From: Vicugna vicugna
Lineage: Eukaryota
Assembly (NCBI GenBank): GCA_013265495.1
Contig: MU058065.1
Span: 7,998,302 to 8,062,301, forward strand
Reading direction: 5' to 3'
DNA: 64,000 nucleotides
Position numbers and translations under genes: made by a program. Below are positions 1-10,045 of this stretch, piece after piece. The notes beneath the pieces were generated by a model, which was given only the letters and a program-made list of their open reading frames with translations, did no database searches and was not told the origin of the DNA. Every line of letters begins with the position of its first letter. Positions within the stretch are counted from its first letter, which is position 1.

Positions 1-499
1 TGATCTCACTCGGGAATGTGGTCAGTGACTTAAAGGCTAGGAGTATAGGGGAGCTCAAACTCATGGAATGTCAAAGACCTTTGGTATCCCAAATTTTATT
101 AGCTCACTCATTCTAATTTTTCCTTCCACAACAGTGCTGGTTTGGACTAAGGAAAGGCTGAAAGTATTAGCTCGTATGAAGAGTTGAATTCCCTGGTACA
201 AGAGAAAAATCAAAGAAGTGGCTTAGCAGATCTGTTGTTAAAGGACTAGAGGTGTGCTTTGTTCCTATTATAAATGTCCTCCAACACTGTACTCCATAGC
301 AACAACCATAGCCATGGAGAAAGGGTCTCAGGACATCTCTAAGTCCTTTCCTTGCTCATTGTCTGAAGAGCTGTGTATCTTCCAAGTTGGTGGGCTTTTC
401 CCCAGGGGATAAAAGCAAAGATGTTCCAAGTCCCTGATAACTTTCTTTGAAACATCTCTGTTAGGAACCTTTTCTTGGCTGGGCACATGTAGACAGAAG

Positions 500-1720
500 C
501 CCTCATGTTTTTAACTCCCTCTAAAATGAGCTCTGTCCAGGGCTCAGGTCTCTGGTTGGAAGTTTGCAGTGAACCTGGGCAGGTGGGGAAGGAGGTCTAC
601 TACCCAGGTTTCCAAAGATGACATGACTCAGAGACCCATACTGCTGACCAGCCATCCTCTGAGCTTTCCAGATTGGTAGAATGGGTTCACTTAACCAGCC
701 AGGTTATTGTCGGGAGAACCAAAAAAATATTATTGTGATTATATGGTGAATTCGGAGAAGCATAGCAAGGATTAAGATCTGAAATAGTAGGCATCTTTCA
801 AAGGTAAGATACGGTTTAAGGCTTTCAAAACAGATTTTATATCTCCAGGATCCCTTTCCTGAGAAACTCTGACTCCAGGATGTAGGAAAAAAAAAAGATC
901 TCCAGTCTCCTGAGACCCAAACAATTTGGATAAAAAAGATAAAGAAAAAAGAAGGGTTTGCCTTCACAAGCCCTTTTCTCCATAAGAAAAAATAAAGAAT
1001 TTCTATCTTACAATGTGTTGATACAAAGATGAATATATAATACAGCATTTTCATCTTTTAAGAAAGGCCGGGGCTCCCAAAGGGAACAAAATGAATTCTG
1101 AAAGAAGTGTCCAAACTTCAGCAAGAGGACCAGTGTTTAACACCTCAAGAGCTTTCTCAGAGTGAAAGATTTCCATGTATGAAAAGTGACAGAATGATGA
1201 AATCTTATCAAACCACCTCTCGTAGAGTCGACATTCCATGAAGACACACAATCCCAACACTCTTCAAGGTGAGGGAGGAAGAGGATTTCGGTGACAGCCC
1301 AGCACCACCCGAAATCAAAAAAACCCATGAAGATGTTTTAATAAAAGTTCTTTTGATTGCAAAGAGCAGAAGCCTTCTCCAATTAGTCAAGGGGGGGAAA
1401 GTGGTTGTTGAAAGGGTACCAGGAATGTCACGGAACCATGGGGTAAGAATCATGAGACTCCGGAACAAGAAAGTCAAAAGCTGTTGGGATTCAGGGCCAT
1501 TGGCTACTGAGTTTGTGTTCATCTTGTTGTCCCATTATCCCAGTCTCCTAAGGCTTCTCAGATCCCACGACCACCAACTGGCCCTTCCTTCTGTGCCTTT
1601 TATTCACATTTAGGAAAGGGAGAATTCAGAGCTGGCCCAGCCTCACCAGTGGGTGAGCCCTGATGGGGTCAGGTGTCCTTCCCAGTGCCAATCACTGAGA
1701 TTGGCAGAGAGGGTTCATGG
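500..1720 (-). pseudogene. Putative endogenous bornavirus-like nucleoprotein (EBLN) element, degraded by frameshifts and stops
   Basis: Chained minus-strand ORFs (1522-1208, 1328-1137, 1260-1051, 1054-704) plus flanks give ordered motifs matching my recollection of BoDV-1 N: FPK..K..VGG, NSVA, SLMILTP, VTE..C, FHSEKALEVLNTGP, FLKxMKML, LKPYL, LAG*VNPFYQSG. Span is about the length of N. Boundaries approximate. Confidence 0.7.
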
Positions 1721-1889
1721 CACTGAGCTTTGCTACCCATGAACAGGGACAGGACAATTATCATTAAGTCTGATAAGAAGGGAAGGAGGAATACATTGAG
1801 ACTCCCAAGGCAGCTTTAAAAGACGTGTGTACTGCTGTGTGTCCGCTACCCACAATGAGTATGAAGGTCAAAGGTCATCCATTTAAGGG

Positions 1890-2015
1890 ACAGAGTGCTA
1901 AGAATTTTACATACATTACCCTGTTTAGTATTCCCCTCCTGCACAGTAGCTTATTTCCATTTTATAGGTAAGGAAAACTGAAGCTCAGAAAGGTAACTCA
2001 CCAGTCACTCAGCTT
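1890..2015 (-). mobile_element. MIR SINE fragment
   Basis: MIR core-like ccattttataggtaaggaaaactgaagctcagaaaggtaact. Confidence 0.55.
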
Positions 2016-2115
2016 AAATGGTCTGAATGACTCCTAACCAGCATATTTTCAGACACAACAACCACTGAACCAGGTTCACTCTCTGCAAATGAAGTCAAAT
2101 TATGAGCAAATGGTA

Positions 2116-2852
2116 ACAAATGCTGGAGAGGCTGTGGAGAAAGGGGAACCCTCCTACACTGCTGGTGGGAGTACAGTTTGGTGCAGCCACTGTGGAAAAC
2201 AGTGTGGCGATTCCTCAAAAGACTAGGAATAGACTTACCATATGACCCAGGAATCCCACTCCTGGGCTTGTACCCAGAAGGAAATCTACTTCAGAATGAC
2301 ACCTGCACCCCAGTGTTCATAGCAGCACTATTTACAATAGCCAAAACATGGAAACAACCTAAATGTCCATCAACAGGTGACTGGATAAAGAAGAAGTGGT
2401 ATATTTATACAATGGAATACTACTCAGCCATAAAAACCGACAACATAATGCCATTTGCAGCAACATGGATGCTCCTGGAGAATGTCATTCTAAGTGAAGA
2501 AAGCCAGAAAGAGAAAGAAAAATACCATATGAGATCACTTATATGTGGAATCTGAAAAAAAAAACATATAAATACAAAACAGAAACAAACTCATAGACAT
2601 AGAATACAAACTTGTGGTTCCCAGGGGGACGGAGGGTGGGAAGGGACAGACCGGGATTTCAAAATGTAGAATAGATAAACAAGATTGTACTGTGTAGCAC
2701 AGGGAAATATATACAGGATCTTGTGGTGGCTCACAGCGAAAGAGAATGTGACAATGAATGTATGTATGTTCATGCATAATTGAATAACTGTGCTCTACAC
2801 TGGAATTTGACACAACATTGTGAAATGACTATAACTCAATAAAAAAAATGTT

Positions 2853-2888
<36 letters not shown>

Positions 2889-2904
2889 ACAAACAAACAA
2901 ACAA
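2116..2904 (+). mobile_element. 5'-truncated young LINE-1 (ORF2 C-terminus, 3'UTR, A-rich tail)
   Basis: Open frame [35 protein letters not shown]...TWKQPKCP...YYSAIK...GI* (stop ends 2555). Followed by AATAAA and a (TAAA)n/(CAAA)n tail. TSD agcaaa[t/c]ggta at 2105-2115 and 2905-2915. Confidence 0.95.
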
Positions 2905-4701
2905 AGCAAACGGTAGAAGGCAACGTACTCCCAAAAGCACCCTGAACGAAGAAGAATGGGAAGAGAGAAAGGCCAGAGAGAGGAAAGATAGATTTGCTTC
3001 CCCTGAGTAAACAGTAAGGATGAAATGGTAGAAAGGGGAAGACTGGCCTGTCTGAGGACCCTGGGTGGGGGTTGTGAGCAGAGAAAGTGAAACCCAAGGC
3101 CACAGAAAAGTACTCATTTTAAAGGAGTGATTTTTTGTTGTTGTCTTCCTTTGTTCCTGTACCAGAAGTGCCTATTTTAAAAAAAGAGAGAAAAGCCCTG
3201 TTGCTCCAGCAACAGACAGAACCAGGGCCCTGCAGGGCCTTTGCCAGGTCAAGAGCTTTTTCTAACTCCCCTCACCTCAACATTTCCATTGTCAAGATGA
3301 GGGGCAGAGGCTTGCCGAGCACACCATTCAGAAGATGCGGCAGAAACTCAGACCTCACTTGAACTAGAAAGGAAGCTTAAGGGAGGCATGGGGGAGTCGG
3401 GGCACTAAGGGCCCTGCCCAATCATACCTGAGGACAGGGACAGAAGATGAGAGCAAAATCAAATCCTGAAGCTGGTCCATGGAGAAAGTAAGAAGACAGG
3501 GAACAGAGAAATGATCACAGCCAACACAAACACACACACACAAACGCATACCCACACACACACACATACACACACATCCCCCCTTCAAAAGACCCAGAAA
3601 TAGACACACACACAGAGACAGAGACCAGGGAGGGGGGGAGGCTGCCTTGTTTATTCTTGTGAAAGGCATCTGGATTTCTCAGTGAGATCCTGACTTGGGT
3701 CTTTTTCTCATTTTCCAGCTGGACTGAATGGTGAAATGCCTGGCATGAGAGGGGCTGTGAGTCAGCCTTAGATTCAAGCTCCATCCCTCTGCCCCTCTGC
3801 TCCACTCATTGCCAGACCACACAGCCTCCCTCCCCCTCCTGCCAAGCACAGCTTAGCTCCCTGGCCAGGTAACACACTTCAAAGGCTTAGGGGTGAGATG
3901 GAGTGAGCTGGGCCAGCCTCAGGAAGGGAGCAGATTCCACTCCCAGCTCAAACACTCCTTGTCAATTTTCTTGAATATCTTCCCTTTCTCTCATATCCTT
4001 GACACTTTGAATAACCCCTGGAAGTTAGAACTGGAAAACCCAATTTTTCACCAGGGCTGTCAGTGCAGGCCCCTGTGGCTTTAGTATTGTGGGGTTGACC
4101 AGATGTCAGCCAATGCCAGAGCCAATGTCAGAGCACAGCCTGTAAATAACAGTCTGTAGGTTCTTCCCTGGGTTGGTCACGTTCCCTACGGCAGTCAGAA
4201 ATAAAAGGAGATACTTAAGTGACCGGAAGCCATAGGACATTTATCAGGGTGTGTGTATTATAGGGATACCCCTGAGTGTGGGTCTCACGGCCCTCAGGCT
4301 GGCTGCCTACATCTCTTAAGACATTACCTTTAGGCTACTTTGTACTAACCATATATGTCCGATCTCTTATAGAAAACTGTAAAGATATCTGCAATCAGGA
4401 AACAAACTCATTTTTGTGTCCCCGGTAACACAAAGTGAAAGACAGCGCCTGGTGCTAAAATGGTCTCATTAAATGTCTGTTGACTTGATCTTATTGGCTG
4501 CTATCATCCTTTGACTTTTTTGGAAGCACTACAGAACTTGAGAAGCATGAAAACAACTTAATATTTCTTCCTCTCTCAAGTCCTTTCTCTCTTGACAATT
4601 AGATCGATGTATGAGATTTAGCACTGCTCCAAGGACTCAGAGTCCTAGTATTGTACGGGTGGGGAACATGAGGACAAAAATGACATTGGCCTGTCAAGCA
4701 C

Positions 4702-5015
4702 TGGAGTAGGCAGTATGCTAAAATGACCCCCAGTGACCCCACACTCTTGTATAATCCCCTCCCCTTGAGTGTTTGTGGGACATGTAACCTGCCTTTAACC
4801 ACTAGAATATGGCCAAAATGATAGAACATCAACTCCTGTGATCATGTTACCTTATATGCATATGTAATTAATTTGCAGTTGACTATGAGTCAAACAAAAG
4901 GTAGATTATCCTGGGTGGGCCTGGCCTAATCATGTGAGCTTTTAAAAAAGAGGATCTAAACATCCCCTGAAGTTAGAAACTCAAACCAGCAGAGGTTCTC
5001 TCTCCCTTTCTCAGC
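4702..5015 (+). mobile_element. MaLR LTR 5' part (MLT1E-like), 3'-truncated
   Basis: tgtataatcccctccccttgagtg, tagaatatggc and gattatcctgggtgggcctg..ctaatca are typical MLT1E-type segments. Confidence 0.75.
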
Positions 5016-5779
5016 TGGAATAGATACTTTTTGGTGTGGGTAGAGTGGTTTGCCTTCCTGGTAGGCAGGGAGTCATTTCCTCCTCTGAATTTCCCAGGAG
5101 TCCTCCCTCCCACCCAGTTCATCCCAGCTGTTTCGAATGCTCATTTCTCTCCACACACCCCAATCTCTTCCCCCTTGACATGATGATCAGTTCTTGACTT
5201 CCTTTACTAAGTTTAAATCAAACAGTGCCCTCCGTCACTCCTTCCTCCCCAGCACCAGCTCTCTGCCTTCCTGGGAAACTGAGTAATAACCGGGTTCCTG
5301 GCAATAACTTGAGTTCTCCTCCTAAGCTCAGAATGAGGTGCTCTTCTCTGCATAGTGCCTTCCCTCTGGGAGTTCACGCTTAGATTGCCACATTTTTGTG
5401 GGTGATCCCCAGATCTCTCCTACCAGCCCTGCTCTCTCCAGACCTGCTGTCTTCTCTGTGCTCAGGGCAGCTTCACCAGATCCACCTCCTTCTCTCCACC
5501 TTTTCTCAGTGCTTCCTCTACCCAGATCATCTGCCTCCCACCCCATCCTCTCAGATGTGCTAACTCTGGAACCTTAAAGTCATGTATCTTCCACCGACCC
5601 ACTTTCCTCAAATATTCTTCTATTGGACACCAATGTCTTCCTTCATAATATAGAAGGAAATCATCCATCTCCCTACTTACTATGTGGAAATGTTTGGGTG
5701 GATTTCCAGGGTATAAGAAGAAAGAGCCTCCATAAACATAACAGTGAACCTGCAGCTGAAGAGTCATGTCTTCATATTA

Positions 5780-5955
5780 TGTCTTAAAGTTCAGTCCGTG
5801 GAAATGGAGGAAGAGAACAGAGTTGTGCATACAGGCAGGATGGCCATGGGATAACAGTTGGTCAGGCTGAAGGATGGACGCGTAGGGGTTTATTATACTA
5901 TTCTGTCTACTTTTATGTGTGGTTGAGAGTCTCCACAATAAAATAAAAAGGGCTT
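5780..5955 (+). mobile_element. Old L1M-type 3' end fragment
   Basis: ggggtttattatactattctgtctacttttatgtgtggttgagagtctccacaataaaa resembles an L1M 3' terminus. Confidence 0.6.
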
Positions 5956-6937
5956 TGTAATAAAAATTAAATATCCAATTAAATCTTAAAAAACAAGAAA
6001 CAAAAGGTCAGAGGAGGGTGGGGCAATGCTGTTTTCATAGTCCCAAATAGTAACAATGATCTGAAAGTGAATTGTAACAGCCCCTCTTGAAGCCATGTTT
6101 CTCCCCAGTCCTCACCCAGCCTGCATCCTTCCTCTGTCTTGCCAGGGGCTATGTGCATTCGTGACATGCGTTCTACAGCTGTGAGAAAATAGCCAAACCA
6201 ATGGATAGATCTGTATACACATAGATGATGCCAGTCAGTAAACTATTAGTGTATTTTTAGTTTTCAGTCATTTCTCTTTAGCCCATGACAACTCACCCCT
6301 GGGTCTCCGGAATACAGAGCATTGTCTTCCTATATATGGCAGTTCCTGCCTAAGTCCAAGATTTATAGAATTCCTGGTTTGCAGACCAAGGAGCATCTGA
6401 TTCAGGCAGTCACATCTCTTGGGCTTGCGCTGGTGGTCTATGGACCAGGGAGTCATTGCACTAGATGAAGAGGGCATGCAACACACCTTTCTGAAGTGTG
6501 GTTTGCCTTCCTGGTAGGCAAAGACCAAATAAAACCCCTGTGCCTTTCCAGGCCTGTGGCTCCTCATTTAGACTTGGACTATCAACATCGAGAGCCAATT
6601 TTGACCTCACTGGTTTCTTTCCAGACTCTCTGGGTAGAGTTGGGTTCCATTCATCCCGAAGTCCTAGTCTTGGCCAACATCAAGTTCCAGGAAGTGCTCA
6701 GAGTGGACCCTAGATTTCTCCAGCACAGGCACTTCCCCCCAGTTCCCACGAGCACCCCCGCCACTCTTTGCCATCTGGCTGGGTTTCTAACCAGCTGCAG
6801 AGAGCAAATAATTAGGTAGGATTTAATAACTGTCAACAAAAGAAATTAAAAATCTGTTTGGTTTCATTTCTTGTGCCTTCAATACTTTAGCAATCAAGAA
6901 AAGATAACTAGAGAGAGAGGCTAGCTAACTTAGAAAT

Positions 6938-6972
6938 CAAAAAAAAAAGAGAGAGAGATAGAGAGAGAGAGA
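6938..6972. repeat. polyA/(GA)n microsatellite
   Basis: Directly visible. Confidence 0.85.
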
Positions 6973-7241
6973 AGGAAAAAGGAGGAAAGAAACAGACTGT
7001 GTTCACTTAGCCACAGAGTGTCTGCCATGTGCCTTTACTGTTCTAGGCACCTGGCAGCACGATGGTAAACACAACATCCAAACGCCTGCTGCTGGCACAC
7101 TTTTTTCTAGACATAAACAGGCCAGGAAAGACAATGAGAACAAAGGTGATGATCTGAAAATTCTGGCTATAAAAACACCCCATGGAAAGACGATTGAAGA
7201 AGTTATCATGACTAATAACTACCACCTGAGTGTTTACTATG

Positions 7242-7668
7242 TGTTGTAGATGGAATTGTGTCCCCACAAAATTCCTCTGTTGAAGTCCTAACCCCCAGAA
7301 TGTGCCATCATTTGGAAATAGGGTCTTTGCAGATGTTGTTACTTAGGATGAGCTCATACTGGAGTAGAATGGGCCCCTAATCCAGTATGACTGGTGTCTT
7401 ATAAAAAGGGGAAATTTGGACACAGACACAGAGTCCGGAAAAACAGCATGCGAAGATTGGTGTTCTACAGCCATAAACCAAGGAACTACCAGGAGCTGGG
7501 AGAGAGGCCTGGAACAGACACTTCCCAAGTGTTTTCCAAGACAGCACGGCCCTGCCAACGCCTTGATCTCAGACTTCTAGCCTCCCGAGCTGTGAGACAT
7601 AACCTTTCTGCTGTTTAAGCCTCTCAGTTTGTGATACTTTGTTACAGCACCGTTGACAAATTAATACA
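7242..7668 (+). mobile_element. Solo MaLR LTR (MLT1B/C-like) nested in a MIR
   Basis: TG...CA termini. Start tggaattgtgtcccca..gttgaagtcctaacccc; end tttgttacagca..ttaataca. The flanks ttactatg(tg) and ccagg..tgctaagtg..agtaacttgcccaagg join into a reverse MIR (~7213-7790). Confidence 0.85.
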
Positions 7669-8839
7669 CCAGGTAATAGGTGCTGTGCTAAGTGATTTAC
7701 CTGGATTATCTCATGTAATGCTCACAAGGACCCCGATAGGCAGAGAATAAGCTGAGCCAGAGGAAGATTAAGTAACTTGCCCAAGGTTGAGCTGCCTAAA
7801 TGTAAAAGGACAGAGGTATTCAGAGCTTGGGGCTCAGGGAAACCACACCCAATCTAACAGAACTGGGTAATTCCCACCTCCCTTTCCAGTCAGCCTTTCA
7901 ATCCTTGCTCCAAACGCATGTTGTCTCTTTGGCTGGCATATGGTTAAGATGCCCATGTTGTTTGTTTAATTTGTGTTGTCATCCAAAGTTCATCACCCAG
8001 TTGTGTGCGAGTTCCTCACCTCAGCCTTCTTTCCAGCTCTAGAAGACATTTCCCACCTTCAAAGGTTTAGGAGCCAAGTAACTTCATTGTGATTGTCATT
8101 CACTTAATAGGCCAAAGAGCAGGTGTGGTTTTGATCCTGAGACAGCACGTGGGAGCTGGGTGAAGGCTGGGTATCATGACGCTATGCTGTAGAAGTGAAG
8201 GTTTTGCGGCACTCTTGTTTTACAAGTGACTTTAGGGATTTTCATGGGTAATTTTGATTGTACTCAATGTTTATATTTAAAACTGACTTTAACCACTATA
8301 TAAGCCATGACTCCACTACAACTTAAAAAAAAATAGTGGGAGAATTAAATCATCACAAAAGGCATCCAATGTGTACATGCCAAGCTCAAAAATCCTGCAC
8401 CATAACAGTTAAACCATAATCACAACACGAACAGTGATTTACTTCCAGCAAAGCATCAGCCAAACATCTACCAACACACTAAATTAATGTTGTCATTTTG
8501 AGTTTTGTTGGGTTTGTAGTTTTGATTGAGTTTGTTTACATATTTGTTGGATTTTACAATGAGATAAGCATGTGGAGTTTATACCTTATTATGTTCATAT
8601 ATTTTTAGGTTACACTACAATTAACATATTTTAAGGCCAACAATAAGGGTATATTGGAATTTATTGTAAATTTAGAAGTCCATAAATTACTTACATTTGA
8701 GACACAGAGGGTTGGCCAGACTAGTATAAAAAGGTACAAAAAAGAAACACATCAACATGCACATTATAACAGTCAGCATGACGCAGAGATAAAACCCGTT
8801 GTTTAGAAAGATGTTGGGATAATTAAGGGGTAGTAAATG

Positions 8840-9350
8840 TTTTTCATTCAAAAATCATTTATTAAGTGCCCTCTGTGCTAGGAACTGTACTAAGGGGCTC
8901 ATGGCCAAGAGGTAGAGAAGGAAGAAGGAAAGTGGAAATAAGGTATCAAGATAAGTACGACCTTGGGTCCTTCAAGACATTCAGTCTAGTGGGAAGATAG
9001 GGCGTCAATAGGTGATATTAATTAAGCACTAATGAGTTTCACATAGACTGCCTCATTCAAGGCTCACAACAACCCCATGGCGGGGAGGTACTATTATTCC
9101 CCCAGTTTACTGATGAGGACACAGAGGACTACATGAGATCGATGCTGCCACTCAGCTAGGCCCCCTTAGGAAATTACGCACGGGAGTCAGGGAAACCTTC
9201 CAAAGTAGGTGTGATTTCATCTGGATCTTTAATGATGACTAGGAGTTCACAAGTCAGCACAGAGAGGGAAAGGCATTCTTGTCAGAATGAACAGTTCATG
9301 CAAAGCCATAGGGGCATGGAAAAGCATGTTTTCTCTAAGGAATGGCACGA
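8840..9350 (-). mobile_element. L2 fragment interrupted by a MIR (~9010-9150)
   Basis: cattcaaaaatcatttattaagtgcc..tgctagg..cagtctagtggg (reverse L2 3' end); ctcacaacaacccc..ggtactattattcccc (MIR). Confidence 0.55.
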
Positions 9351-9525
9351 AGGTGTAGATTAGCCCTGCCGAGAACACGGTCAAAGTCCACTGCCTTGAG
9401 GGGGTTCAAGCCTATCCCTCAAACCCTCGTAATGGAGCAAACCATGTCACTGGACAGATCCTTTCCACACTAGTAGAAAATCAGTGTTTCCTGACCGTTT
9501 GGAAACCAGGCTCAACTCTTCCAAA

Positions 9526-9770
9526 CAGGGTCCCCACGTGCAGCTGTGCAGGTCGTGCACTGCACAATAAGAGCCCCAGCTAAGCATGGATCACACTGCA
9601 GACATCACAGATGTATACATTCATTACAGTTTCCTGGAAGGTATAGTAAAGTGTCCTTTTCTAAAAAAAATCTGTATTTTATAGCAATTTTCTGACAAAC
9701 AGAAGTAAAGTGTCTTGAGGAAGTTCATCTTTTCCTAATTCATACGCTAGTGGTGGTAAGCTAGCTCTTA
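9526..9770. mobile_element. hAT-Tip100-like DNA transposon relic (Arthur1/MER91-like)
   Basis: gtgcaggtcgtgcactgcacaa and agtaaagtgtcttgaggaag resemble recalled consensus segments. Confidence 0.45.
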
Positions 9771-9889
9771 CTGCTTCTCCCCCTTGCACTGTGATGAAAC
9801 CTATTCCAACCACACACTGTGATTTTATTTGGCTTTTTCACAACTCAAATGCATTATACCCAACCTGCTTCAAGCAGTTAACATTTTCT

Positions 9890-10045
9890 AGGGTGAAGGA
9901 TAGAGCACATGCTTAGCATGCAGGAGGTCCTAGGTTCAATCCTTAGTACCTCCTCTAAAAATAAATAAATCTAATTCCCCTCCCCACTACTGCCCTGCCA
10001 AAATAAAAAAATAAGTAAGTAATACAATAATAAATCAATTAAATT
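9890..10045 (+). mobile_element. Vic-1-type tRNA-Ala-derived SINE (camelid), A box deleted
   Basis: tagagcacatgcttagcatgcaggaggtcctaggttcaatccttagtacctcc, then aaaaataaataaatctaattcccctcccc and an A-rich tail. Confidence 0.8.

Noticed and set aside
1269..1613. 114-aa plus-strand ORF
   Set aside because: Better explained as antisense to the N-like element.
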